Virus record (IMG/VR): IMGVR_UViG_3300005842_000485
Location: 1-64,000 of that record
Length of the DNA: 64,000 nt
Source of the DNA: a virus
Strand: one strand, 5' to 3'
Positions within the stretch are counted from its first letter, which is position 1; the number at the start of each line of letters is the position of its first letter. A program made the position numbers and the translations under genes. Below are positions 17,902 to 26,687 of the stretch, piece by piece. Under the pieces are notes generated by a model, which did not search any database, was not told the origin of the DNA, and saw only the letters and a program-made list of their open reading frames with translations.

Positions 17902-18580
17902 CTACAATCCAACAGTCTTCGACTGCAAGGACATCTCCGGGCATCCGTTCCAGCTGACGGCCAAGGAACCGCGCAGTATGGGGCGAGAGCGGTTCGGGGT
18001 AGACAAGTTTCTTGGCGGCGCGAAACTACGACTCAAGAACCTCATGGAGGACGATCGGGTTCCGGGAAACGTCGAGATTCGCAGCGAAGGAGAACAGGGC
18101 TGGCGTCTCTGCGGTGAGTACCTCGTCGCGGACGAGAGCGGCAATGGGCCCTTCCGCGTGCCGAAGAAAGACTGGAAGACCGGCGAAGTCGAACGATGGC
18201 CGGACACGGGGAAAGTCAAGAGCACGTCGAAGATCGAGTGGTTCGTCGTGATCGAAGCGGACTTCGGCGAGGAGACAGAGTTCAAGCGCACCGGTGGCAA
18301 GCACGCCGGGGAGTCCTGCGGTACGGCGCGTGTATGGGATGTCTGGATGAAGCTCACGGCCTACAGGAAGCTTCGGGAGCAGATGGAGAGCGCGGCAAAG
18401 ATGGGCGGCCGCGACCCGCTGGAAGCGCGGTATGTCCTCACCTTTACGAAGGACGCTGCGCCTGCGGACATGTACCAAGTGAAGTTTGATTCGTGGGCGG
18501 ACGCGCGCTCAATGAGTGCTGCCGCCTCTTCTCTGACGACACGAGAGCAAGACTTCGACCCATCAGAATTGCCGTTCTAG
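17894..18580 (+). CDS. Putative ssDNA-binding/recombination protein
   Basis: Beta-rich body with an SSB-type acidic tail DFDPSELPF. Confidence 0.6.
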   Translation: MPDYNPTVFDCKDISGHPFQLTAKEPRSMGRERFGVDKFLGGAKLRLKNLMEDDRVPGNVEIRSEGEQGWRLCGEYLVADESGNGPFRVPKKDWKTGEVERWPDTGKVKSTSKIEWFVVIEADFGEETEFKRTGGKHAGESCGTARVWDVWMKLTAYRKLREQMESAAKMGGRDPLEARYVLTFTKDAAPADMYQVKFDSWADARSMSAAASSLTTREQDFDPSELPF

Positions 18581-18601
18581 CGGCGGCGCGCTGCTCTTTC
18601 A

Positions 18602-18882
18602 CATCCTTGGGTTCAATTGATCTGATCTAGGCTGTGCCGCGCCAACCGAGGAGACGTATGCTCGTGCCGAATCACCTGTCCATGTTGGCGACCGACGCTC
18701 TCTCATGGACGAGGGCGCTGTACAAATATCGGGCAGCGAGCACGGGGACGTGCGGCGCACCCTGGATCAGATCACCTGACAGCATCCTCTCGTGGAGGCC
18801 GTTGTAGACTCCGCATCAACAGCAGGGCGTGGTGCGGTTGTCCTCCTCGGGGATGCTGCCGGGATGGATCGAGTCTAGGATG
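18602..18882 (+). ncRNA. Structured RNA domain A (two long arms on a basal helix)
   Basis: 18602-17 pairs with 18868-82; 14-bp helix 18618-31/18761-74; 18780-88/18850-58. Confidence 0.65.
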
Positions 18883-19108
18883 CACCATCTGTCATCCGGC
18901 GCTGAAAGTCGGCCCGCCTGTGTGTATTGGGGTTTCCCGGTGCTCGCGCAGCAGGCATCGTGCCGTGTGTCGTCTGCTTTCGAGCGAGACGGCCTAGGCG
19001 TCCGGTGAAGAACCGTACGCTCACCAGCACCCCGTCGAGGTGTCCGGTACGCCGCGTTGATGACGGTACAAACGTATCAGTCGTAGAGGTGAGGCAGACG
19101 GATGGTGC
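18882..19108 (+). ncRNA. Structured RNA domain B (multibranch)
   Basis: 12-bp closing helix GCACCATCTGTC/GACGGATGGTGC enclosing at least 6 stems. Confidence 0.65.
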
Positions 19109-19129
19109 CTCCTGGATTCGAGAAGGTGA

Positions 19130-19202
19130 GGTCGCCGTAGCTCAGTTGGAAGAGCGCTGGCAGCAACGCCAGAGGCGGAGGTTCGAGTCCTCTCCGCGAC
19201 CA
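19130..19202 (+). tRNA. tRNA-like element with a 6-nt anticodon loop (identity undetermined)
   Basis: D arm GCTC-AGTTGGAA-GAGC, T arm GGAGG-TTCGAGT-CCTCT, anticodon arm CTGGC-AGCAAC-GCCAG. Confidence 0.75.
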
Positions 19203-19455
19203 CAATGAACCCAAGGGGCTGACCGTTCATCGGTCGGCCAGAGGACGCCATTGCCTGTTTGCTCATGGAGGTGAAGAACCGGGGCACACGCGCAGGATGG
19301 CTCCTCTGGCCGGGTGACGAACACCCGCACTCATTCCCCAGTCTTGAGAGACGGCGCGTAGGCCCGCACGGAGCCAGCGTACGCGCTCGCGAAATCAGGA
19401 CTCACCCGAGCGAGACGGCCGCACTACACCGAAGGTGCGGCCATCGCCGGGGACG
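19203..19455 (+). ncRNA. Structured RNA domain C
   Basis: GGCCAGAGGA/TCCTCTGGCC, GCGCGTA/TACGCGC, GGCCGCAC/GTGCGGCC and further stems. Confidence 0.55.
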
Positions 19456-19473
19456 ATCACCAAAACAATCTGC

Positions 19474-19995
19474 GTGACCCTGCTCAGCGTCGATCCCGGA
19501 ACGAGAAGCCTTGGCTGGGCTGTGTTCAAGGATGGCAAGTGCGTCGACAACGGCGTCTTTCATCCGGGCGACTGGAACGCTCCGAGTGAATGCCTGATCC
19601 GCATCGTCCGATTCATCGCTGGCAAAGAGCGTGAGATCGGTGGGATCGACTACATCGCCTGCGAGTCCATGTTCGTTGACGCTCGGCGTGGCGGGAACAG
19701 CGCACGTGTCCTGAACTGCATCCCTGATGAGATCGAAGCATGGTGCGAGGGCAAGGACATCTCGTTCCGCAAGTACGCGAACTCCACCGTGAAGCGGATA
19801 GCGACGAACAACGGCAACGCAAAGAAGCCACAGGTCTACGCCGCGATGGAGAAGTACCTGTCGCCCGCAGCACGAGAGCTGACGAAGTCCGAGCGCGAGG
19901 ACGTGACGGATGCGATCGCGATCGGCTGGACGTGCATCGTGAGCAAGCTTGGAGCAGCGGAGCCGGCACCGAAGAAGTCACGCAAGAAAGGATGA
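19474..19995 (+). CDS. ruvC: RuvC-like Holliday junction resolvase
   Basis: SVDPG..LGWA, ACE, VK..ATNNGNAKK, DVTDAIAIG. Confidence 0.9.
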   Translation: MTLLSVDPGTRSLGWAVFKDGKCVDNGVFHPGDWNAPSECLIRIVRFIAGKEREIGGIDYIACESMFVDARRGGNSARVLNCIPDEIEAWCEGKDISFRKYANSTVKRIATNNGNAKKPQVYAAMEKYLSPAARELTKSEREDVTDAIAIGWTCIVSKLGAAEPAPKKSRKKG

Positions 19996-20546
19996 ACGCC
20001 CGCCAGCGAGAACTCATCATTGAGCGCGATGGATACAAATGCTGTGAATGCCAGAAGCAATACCCCAAGGACAACTACTTTGAGTGGGAAAAGAGGCAGC
20101 ACCCGATGTCGCGGCTCACGGTGGATCACATCTGGGGCCGTGCGACCACATGGAACGGTTTGCCCGATGAACGGTGGCACATGGTCTGGACGCTCTGTAT
20201 GACGTGTCACCTAGAAAAAGACCAGGGCATCCACAAAGGCCGAGCGCGAAGAATCGCGACTCTGTACGTCACGCAATTCGAGGGGAAGGAAACGCCCGAG
20301 TACCTTGCGGCGATGGCAGCGGAAGCGGACGAGGCACCCGTGCGCGCTGAAAATCGGAAGAAGACACGGCGCGCGAAGTACCAACGCGACAAAAAGAAGG
20401 CCGGGGGATCCCCGCTCTCGAAGATGAAGGCCAAGTCCGCCGCGCTCAAGGCGAAGCCCAAGCCGGCGAACAGCAAGATTCCCGCGAAGGTCGCGGCACA
20501 GAACGCGCGCCCGGTGCTCAACACGTTTCACGTCGAGTCGCCATAG
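19992..20546 (+). CDS. HNH endonuclease with basic tail
   Basis: ERDGYKCCEC, LTVDHI, LCMTCH. Confidence 0.8.
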   Translation: MNARQRELIIERDGYKCCECQKQYPKDNYFEWEKRQHPMSRLTVDHIWGRATTWNGLPDERWHMVWTLCMTCHLEKDQGIHKGRARRIATLYVTQFEGKETPEYLAAMAAEADEAPVRAENRKKTRRAKYQRDKKKAGGSPLSKMKAKSAALKAKPKPANSKIPAKVAAQNARPVLNTFHVESP

Positions 20547-20550
20547 CGCC

Positions 20551-20579
20551 AAGGGTACGGACAATCTGTCCGTACCCTT
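20551..20579. terminator. Perfect inverted repeat
   Basis: AAGGGTACGGAC-aatct-GTCCGTACCCTT. Confidence 0.65.
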
Positions 20580-20641
20580 ACCCACGAAGGGTAGGTACGC
20601 GTTGTACTCACCCTTATCACCAATCTTCCACCTCCCTCCCC

Positions 20642-21106
20642 ATGCAGCTCACCGAGAAGACCCAACAGGCGTACCGCGAGTACGAAGCGGCCAAGAAAGC
20701 GCGCCGCGAGATTGCGAAGACCATCAAGGACACGAAGGCGACCGATGACACGCTGACGGAGCTTGAGGCGGCGAAGAAACAAGCGGCCGGCGAGTACCGT
20801 GCGGAAGCCGAGCAGTTCCAAGGCAAGCATGCGTCCCTCTTCGAGAAGCTCGAGGAAGCGAAGACGGCAGAGCAGGAAGCCAAAGCGCTCTTCGATCAAC
20901 TCTACGTCCATGCGTCAGCGGAGAGCATTGCGTCGAGCGGAGCCGTCCAGCTTTCCTTGTTCGCGGGTGACGGTCGCAAGGTGAACGTGGAGCTGGTGAC
21001 CAAGATCACGGTGGAGAAGGCGCAGCCGACGGATGCGGAGGCCGACACCGACATCGCGCTCGTGTCTGAACCGCATGAAGACCTTGCCGTGCTCGCAGAT
21101 GCGTAA
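20642..21106 (+). CDS. Coiled-coil hypothetical protein
   Basis: Helical A/E/K-rich sequence; C-rich leader. Confidence 0.75.
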   Translation: MQLTEKTQQAYREYEAAKKARREIAKTIKDTKATDDTLTELEAAKKQAAGEYRAEAEQFQGKHASLFEKLEEAKTAEQEAKALFDQLYVHASAESIASSGAVQLSLFAGDGRKVNVELVTKITVEKAQPTDAEADTDIALVSEPHEDLAVLADA

Positions 21107-21317
21107 GGAATCATTGCGCGTCCACGCGGTGAATACGTACCCCTTCGTCTTCGAGGCTACGACGGACGATGGACACAAGGTGATCATCGTCTGCAAGCAC
21201 GACGAGCTCCGTGTCCGCATCTTCGGAGAGGAGTTCCGCTTCACGATGGATGCCTTGCAGATGGCACAAGTACGAGCGGCTGGTATGGAGATCAGTGACC
21301 CGACCCCGCCTGCATGA
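21099..21317 (+). CDS. Hypothetical protein
   Basis: Overlapping operon ORF. Confidence 0.6.
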   Translation: MRKESLRVHAVNTYPFVFEATTDDGHKVIIVCKHDELRVRIFGEEFRFTMDALQMAQVRAAGMEISDPTPPA

Positions 21318-21652
21318 AAGAGATAGAGGAGGCGCGCGTTCCAATGCCCGTCTGGTATGTCTCCGGGCCGTACACGGCGCCGACGCTTGCGGAAGCAGAG
21401 CGGAACGCACAACGCGCCGAGGATGCCGGAATCATGCTGCGCCGGCGCGGCTACGCAGTCATCGTCCCGCATCGCAATGGCGGGAAGCCCGATGGCGAGA
21501 TGAGCTACGAGTTCTGTCTTCGCGAGGACTTGGAGATTCTCACTCGATGCGACGGCATCTACATGCTCTCGGGGTGGGAACAGAGTCTGGGTGCTGTCCG
21601 GGAGCACGATCAAGCGGAGGAGAGCGGGATCGACATTGAGTACGAGCCATAA
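21314..21652 (+). CDS. DUF4406 / nucleoside deoxyribosyltransferase-like protein
   Basis: YVSGPY, VPH, CDGIYML.GWEQS.GA..E. Confidence 0.85.
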   Translation: MKEIEEARVPMPVWYVSGPYTAPTLAEAERNAQRAEDAGIMLRRRGYAVIVPHRNGGKPDGEMSYEFCLREDLEILTRCDGIYMLSGWEQSLGAVREHDQAEESGIDIEYEP

Positions 21653-21746
21653 CGCCCTTCGACGCCTTTCGATGACGGCATAGGGGTGCGGGTGTAGCTC
21701 TAAGGGGAGGACGCAAGAACGCGACCTTTCACAAGGAGGCGACACC

Positions 21747-22625
21747 ATGCGAGGACTGCTCTACCCGGATTTGCAGCAGGCCGCAGCATTCATTGGAGCA
21801 TTGACCGGCGGAGACGGACTCACGGCGCGGGTGACGCTGCAAACGCTTGACGATTCGCCCGCGAAACGGCGGTATCTCGCGCGGATTCTGCACGGGTCGC
21901 TTGCCGAGCATGAGGACATCCTGACGGAGCTGAATCGACGCGGCGCAGCGGTGTGCGTGACGGTGCAGGAAACCGATCTCCAAGGGAGGACAGTGGAACA
22001 CGTCATCCGGCCGCGGGCGGTCTTCATCGATCACGATTCGATGATGCTGAACCGCTTTGGTCTGCCGCCATCCATTTGCTCCTTCACCGCGCGCGGCATG
22101 CATGCGTACTGGCTCTTGGAGCACGCGAAGAACCTGCGAGTGATCCCGGACGCGCAGCGGCAGCTCGCGGCGTTCTATGGCGCTGATCCCCAAGTGTGTG
22201 ACATCACGCGGACGATGCGGCTGCCCGGATTCTTCCATATGAAGGCCGCGCCGATCCGCGTGGTGATGTACCACTGTGCGCCGGAGCTTCGATATCGGCT
22301 GCGGGATGTCCTGGAAGCGCACCCGGTTGAGCGAACGCCGGCCGTGCCGAGGGTCGCGCGCTGGCGGCACCCGTCCTCCGACTCGCTCCGATCCTTCCGG
22401 TCATGGGCGATGTGCCGGAGCACGAGCGAGGGCGGCAGGAACCATAACGCCTTCGTGATCGCCGCAGAAGGGCTGGGGAGAGGCTTCGAGGCTGAGGAGG
22501 TGCGCGAGGTCGTCTGGATGTTCTGCGCCCGTGCAGGGATCGCACGTGAGGCGGAGACGGTGGTGCAGTCGGCGCTTCGCCGGCATGCCCGCCAACCCTT
22601 CACGTCACGGGCCGTGGCGCGGTGA
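21747..22625 (+). CDS. RepB-type AEP primase with PriCT-like C-terminus
   Basis: FIDHD, GMHAYW, D.TRTMRLPGFFH, EGGRN; strong AAGGAGG SD. Confidence 0.85.
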   Translation: MRGLLYPDLQQAAAFIGALTGGDGLTARVTLQTLDDSPAKRRYLARILHGSLAEHEDILTELNRRGAAVCVTVQETDLQGRTVEHVIRPRAVFIDHDSMMLNRFGLPPSICSFTARGMHAYWLLEHAKNLRVIPDAQRQLAAFYGADPQVCDITRTMRLPGFFHMKAAPIRVVMYHCAPELRYRLRDVLEAHPVERTPAVPRVARWRHPSSDSLRSFRSWAMCRSTSEGGRNHNAFVIAAEGLGRGFEAEEVREVVWMFCARAGIAREAETVVQSALRRHARQPFTSRAVAR

Positions 22626-22654
22626 AAAGGAGGACGCGATGACGAAGAAGTAAC

Positions 22655-22695
22655 AAACAACGACCTGACTGCGATGTGCGGCCAGGTCGTCTGTT
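22655..22695. terminator. Bidirectional terminator
   Basis: ACGACCTG...CAGGTCGT stem between convergent genes. Confidence 0.65.
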
Positions 22696-22708
22696 GTCAT
22701 GCGGAGAG

Positions 22709-23041
22709 TCAGGCGTTCGGCGGTGGGGCAGTCGATGATCCGGCTGCGGCGTCTTGGCGGGGCTTCACGTAGAGCAGGAACAGGCTCTGCGAGACCGTGA
22801 GGCTTGCGATGATGGAATGCCAGAAGTCTTCCGCAGGCGGCAACCCACTGACCTTCCAGCGGACGAGCATCGGGATCATGGCCACGGCGGTGCAGAGGAA
22901 GACGTTGATGCCGTACTTCACCCGCGTTGAAAGCTCGACGCCCTCCTTGGCGACGAATGCAAAGACGAACGGAACGGCGGCCCCAAGCACGGCGGCAGGG
23001 AACGACGGACTGTTTACGAGATCAAGGACGTACTGCCACAT
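22709..23041 (-). CDS. Putative holin
   Basis: Three TM segments, downstream of the endolysin. Confidence 0.65.
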   Translation of the reverse strand: MWQYVLDLVNSPSFPAAVLGAAVPFVFAFVAKEGVELSTRVKYGINVFLCTAVAMIPMLVRWKVSGLPPAEDFWHSIIASLTVSQSLFLLYVKPRQDAAAGSSTAPPPNA

Positions 23042-23092
23042 AGGATGCGGGGTGATGCTTCGCTCGAACGCTACGGGTGCAGCGAGGAGCGG

Positions 23093-23362
23093 TCAAACGG
23101 CGTCTGCGTCGTCCTCGGGCTTCTTCATGAACGTCGCGTCGTCTTCGTCGTCATCATCGTCGTCTCCATCAGGAAGGAGACTCATAGCAAGGCCGATGAC
23201 GTTGTCGAGCGCTTCTTCCGCCGTGGCGCGTGCGGCCTTCGCCTCTTGCTCAATCGAGATCAGGATGCGGTACATCGCCGTCTCGAAGAGGAGCTTGGCT
23301 TTCTCTTGCGCCGCCGCATCGACGAGGGCGAGGAACTGTGCCGGAGTTGTGTCGTCTGCCAC
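23093..23362 (-). CDS. Acidic hypothetical protein
   Basis: Helical body with a poly-Asp tail. Confidence 0.6.
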   Translation of the reverse strand: MADDTTPAQFLALVDAAAQEKAKLLFETAMYRILISIEQEAKAARATAEEALDNVIGLAMSLLPDGDDDDDDEDDATFMKKPEDDADAV

Positions 23363-23429
23363 GGAGAGTGGACGGAACGGGATGCATCTCGACCCTACGT
23401 GGTGCCACCGTGCGGGTCAAAGACGGCTC

Positions 23430-24110
23430 CTACGTGCCATCACGCCGTACCCACCTGCGGTCACCGAAATGCGCGTAGAGCTTGAGAATGAGCGCGAGCC
23501 GGTACATCTCCTCGGTTTTCGGTGTGTCGGAGGTGAAGACTCCTTGGCCCAACATGTCGCTGAACGCGCGATCTTGTTCGGGTTCTGGCGTGAAGGTGTC
23601 TGCTCCTTCCATGGAGGGTGTCGGCAGCAGCGGCGGAGTCAGTTTCAGGTCGTACGGATGTGACGCAAACGGCAGCCGATCTGCGCGGACGCCTGGAGGA
23701 TACGGGACGTGGTATTCGAAATGTGGCAAGTCCCGGAAGGTGCCGTCAAAATACTTCGGGAAGTCGCCGCCCCAGATCAGGCCCGCGATGTTGAGCGCTC
23801 GGATCGCTTCTCCGATGGTCTCGTAGAGCGCAGCGCTGCCGACATAGTGCGCGAAGTCCTCGGTGAAGACGCCGAGATCCCATGCCGTGCCGTAGTTGTG
23901 TTCCGAGTATCCGCCTTGAACGTAGGTCACGATGCTGCCGGGCTTCGTCCTTCCTTTGGCGTACAGCGCGTCCTGTTGCGCTTTCGTCCGGAGCGCTTGC
24001 GTGATGCGGCAACGCTTCCCATGCTGGAAGGCGATCCGATCCGCCTCGTTCTCGACAAAGTGCGCGAGGTCTCGAACCGCTGGATGCAGGGAGTCGATGA
24101 GGGAAGGCAC
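23430..24110 (-). CDS. Endolysin, M15 L-Ala-D-Glu peptidase
   Basis: R...QQDALYAKGRT, SEHNYG.AWD, WGGDF, DLPHFE. Confidence 0.92.
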   Translation of the reverse strand: MPSLIDSLHPAVRDLAHFVENEADRIAFQHGKRCRITQALRTKAQQDALYAKGRTKPGSIVTYVQGGYSEHNYGTAWDLGVFTEDFAHYVGSAALYETIGEAIRALNIAGLIWGGDFPKYFDGTFRDLPHFEYHVPYPPGVRADRLPFASHPYDLKLTPPLLPTPSMEGADTFTPEPEQDRAFSDMLGQGVFTSDTPKTEEMYRLALILKLYAHFGDRRWVRRDGT

Positions 24111-24481
24111 TACTTCAGGGGTTTGATTCCGAGGGCGCCCATGATGAGGGCGGTGTTCTTGGCAGCTTCATTCACGCCGGCCTCAATGCGGTCGAGGCGC
24201 GCATCGAGCTTTGCCTGTCGCGCGTCCGCTTCCTCTTTGGTCTGGAACGTCTGCGCGTTGTACGTGGCGTTGGCTTGGAACTGGTTCTGGAGCGCGGCGA
24301 TCGCACGTTCAGCGCTGGTCGGAAGTGTGACCACGAAGAGCGTCACGCCCACAACGACGGTGATGAGCGAGACGACGCCAAGGATGGCTTTGAGCCAATA
24401 GCTCAGTGAGTCGCCGCCCTTCGGGAGGATGTGTGTACGCCCTGGATGACTGGTCGAGCGCCCGTCGTCGTGTTCGGCCAT
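24110..24481 (-). CDS. Single-TM coiled-coil lysis-region protein
   Basis: TM segment plus LDARLDRIE coiled coil, coupled to the endolysin. Confidence 0.7.
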   Translation of the reverse strand: MAEHDDGRSTSHPGRTHILPKGGDSLSYWLKAILGVVSLITVVVGVTLFVVTLPTSAERAIAALQNQFQANATYNAQTFQTKEEADARQAKLDARLDRIEAGVNEAAKNTALIMGALGIKPLK

Positions 24482-24560
24482 AGGAAGACCCGTGAACGGT
24501 GAAGTGACACACCAAACGCTACGGAGCGCGCGTTGCCTTGGTCAAGGATCAGGGCGGGAG

Positions 24561-24806
24561 CTAGTGCAAGCGCATCCGCTTCAACTTCGAGAGCGTGAAG
24601 TCGGAGAGGAGGGTGTCTAACGGGATTTCAAGCGCACGGGCGATGCGGAAGACGGCGAGCAGCGTCACGTTTGCCGTGCCGTTCTCGACATGGGAGAGGT
24701 AGGAGCGATTGAGCTTCGCGCGGTCGGCGAGCGCCTCTTGCGAGAGCTTCCGCTTCTTCCGTTCGCTGCGGATCGTCCGGCCAAGTTGTTCCAGCGGTCG
24801 CATCAA
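24561..24806 (-). CDS. XRE-family HTH regulator
   Basis: LSQEALA..A.L.RSYLS.VENG..N.TL. Confidence 0.92.
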   Translation of the reverse strand: MMRPLEQLGRTIRSERKKRKLSQEALADRAKLNRSYLSHVENGTANVTLLAVFRIARALEIPLDTLLSDFTLSKLKRMRLH

Positions 24807-24902
24807 AGAGTTGCGCTAAACGCCATTGGAACCTAAACTTGTCTGGCTTGCTGTTGCCTAGATCGCACAAAAGGCCACGATGAACACCAGAAATACAGGA
24901 GG

Positions 24903-25397
24903 ATGCCGATGCAGCGGATGGCTCCGCTGGCGGATCGTGCGCTGCTCGTACGGGTGGCGCGCTGCACGGGCACCCTGACCGTGCAAGAAATCGCACGGCT
25001 CGTCGATCAGGACGCGGCATGGGTACGAGAGCAACTCGCAACACATGGAGGGGAGTGGTGGGAAGACGCGGTTCCCGCAGACGATGTGTTTTGCGTCCTC
25101 CTCGATCATTTCCCTCAATCCGAAATCGAACGGGCGCTTGGCGAGGACGTGACTCTCCTCCCTGACGTGGTGCGAATCGAAGCTCTGACGATCTCGCTCC
25201 CGACCTTCCTGATTCGTGCATTGGAGGCCCAAGCACGGGAAGCAGCGGCGCGGGGCGATCAACTCACAGCGAGCGTTGAACTGTATGTGACCGAGCAACT
25301 GCTCGGGCTCATTGATGAAGCGGTGGTGGAGAGGGCAACCCCCGGAGCCAGCTTCGCCCTCATCTTTCCGCACCACCTTGATGATCCCGCCGACTAA
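24903..25397 (+). CDS. Hypothetical protein (HTH-like N-terminus)
   Basis: AGGAGG SD; LTVQEIARLV. Confidence 0.7.
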   Translation: MPMQRMAPLADRALLVRVARCTGTLTVQEIARLVDQDAAWVREQLATHGGEWWEDAVPADDVFCVLLDHFPQSEIERALGEDVTLLPDVVRIEALTISLPTFLIRALEAQAREAAARGDQLTASVELYVTEQLLGLIDEAVVERATPGASFALIFPHHLDDPAD

Positions 25398-25468
25398 GGC
25401 GGGGGTCAGCACGACCGGCATCCCGGCGTGACCGGCCGCACACACCTTGCGACCGATGGAGGATGCCG

Positions 25469-25822
25469 ATGGAAACAACCCGAAGAAGATTTGTGCAGGC
25501 GATCGCAGCGCTCGCCGGTGGTGTCGCGGCGATCGCGCAGTTGCCACAGGTGACCAAGGAACGTGTGGAATCGGAACGGAAGAAGTGCACGGATGTCCCT
25601 GCGCCGCGTGTGCAGGGCGCGACGACGAGAATCGAAGCCTTCGTGCGGAGTCGCGGCATCAAGCCAAGCCGCCTCGCGCGCGAGGCGGGGTACAGCCGTC
25701 AGTACCTCCTTGGCGTTCGGAGGGGACAGATACGCCCGACGTGGCGCTGCATGGTCGAAGTCACGAAAGCATGCCGACGCCTGACGCGTGAGGATGTTCG
25801 TGTCCGGCAGCTCTTTGGATAA
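25469..25822 (+). CDS. Cro/XRE-like HTH protein with twin-Arg-like N-terminus
   Basis: GIKPSRLAREAGYSRQYL..VRRG...PT; TRRRFV motif; GGAGG SD. Confidence 0.7.
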   Translation: METTRRRFVQAIAALAGGVAAIAQLPQVTKERVESERKKCTDVPAPRVQGATTRIEAFVRSRGIKPSRLAREAGYSRQYLLGVRRGQIRPTWRCMVEVTKACRRLTREDVRVRQLFG

Positions 25823-25829
25823 GCGACGT

Positions 25830-26345
25830 ATGCCGGCCTCGAGAAGTATCCCTGCGTACGACCGACAGCAGGCGCGCAAGAGTCTCAACGCACAGGTGGA
25901 GGAACGTCCATCATTTCGGATCGTGGCGGCGCGAGATCGCCACGCGCCGCGCCTCGGGACGAAGCTCGCGAGCTGTCTGCTCATCCTCGAGTTGAGCATG
26001 GTGCGTTCGCTGGACGGATACGACGTGGAGTGGTTCGAGGGAGAACTGCTACGCAGGCTCCGAGAACACTACGCCGCTGCGGGTGTCACCGAAGGCGAAC
26101 TCGGAACGTTCGATCTCTGGGCAGGGATGTACGACTACGAAGGCACGGATGGCGAGTGCGTGATGAAGCTCGGCAAGCGCCGATTCCAACAGTGCCTCAT
26201 GGACATCCTTTCCGGGCTGTATCGCGAGGAGGGCGCGACTGGGGACATCACGGCGCTCGCTCTGCGAGGCTTGCATATGCGATGGGAAGGGCATGCGCGG
26301 TCTACGAAGCGTGGAAATGGGAACAGGCGGCAGAGGGAGGGATAG
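25830..26345 (+). CDS. Hypothetical protein
   Basis: Operon ORF; start uncertain. Confidence 0.6.
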   Translation: MPASRSIPAYDRQQARKSLNAQVEERPSFRIVAARDRHAPRLGTKLASCLLILELSMVRSLDGYDVEWFEGELLRRLREHYAAAGVTEGELGTFDLWAGMYDYEGTDGECVMKLGKRRFQQCLMDILSGLYREEGATGDITALALRGLHMRWEGHARSTKRGNGNRRQREG

Positions 26346-26360
26346 CAATGAAGAGGCGAG

Positions 26361-26687
26361 ATGCCCGCGCGCATGCTAGCGTCCCGCTGGATGACCCGAG
26401 AGGAGTACGCCCGAAGACGCACGGAGCTTCGCCCGCTGCTCGCTGCGTTCCGTTATGGACGGCTCACAGTCGGTGGAGAGGGCGGCAACCAAGGCATGCT
26501 CTTCATCCGCACACCCTCGGGCGAGCAGTATTACCTCGGGGGCGCGAACGACACCGCGATGGCGCAAGCCATCTGCGATGCCGTGAACTTCGCGCTGGAC
26601 TGCTGTGAGCCAACGAAGGTTCGTGAACGTCCTCGCGACGGCGGAGAATCTGGCACCGACGGCCCGGTTCTGTACGATCATCGGTGA
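26361..26687 (+). CDS. Hypothetical protein
   Basis: Operon ORF. Confidence 0.55.
   Translation: MPARMLASRWMTREEYARRRTELRPLLAAFRYGRLTVGGEGGNQGMLFIRTPSGEQYYLGGANDTAMAQAICDAVNFALDCCEPTKVRERPRDGGESGTDGPVLYDHR

Noticed and set aside
18618-18774. Retron msr-msd or 6S RNA identity for the long arm
   Set aside because: No reverse transcriptase in the window; a 6S-type symmetric central bubble cannot be established by eye
18732-18900. HDV-like/theta ribozyme (P1 GGCAGCG/TGCTGCC, P3-L3 TCC-TCCTCGG-GGA, then GG)
   Set aside because: J4/2 lacks the catalytic C-x-A-A, P2 is mismatched, and the bases are better used in longer helices; cheap to test but not called
18927-19477. ORFs in the track overlapping the RNA block
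   Set aside because: Arg/Pro-rich non-protein-like translations that overlap the cloverleaf
21688-21740. Complete second tRNA
   Set aside because: Only the 5' 13 nt resemble a tRNA; no T arm or acceptor partner
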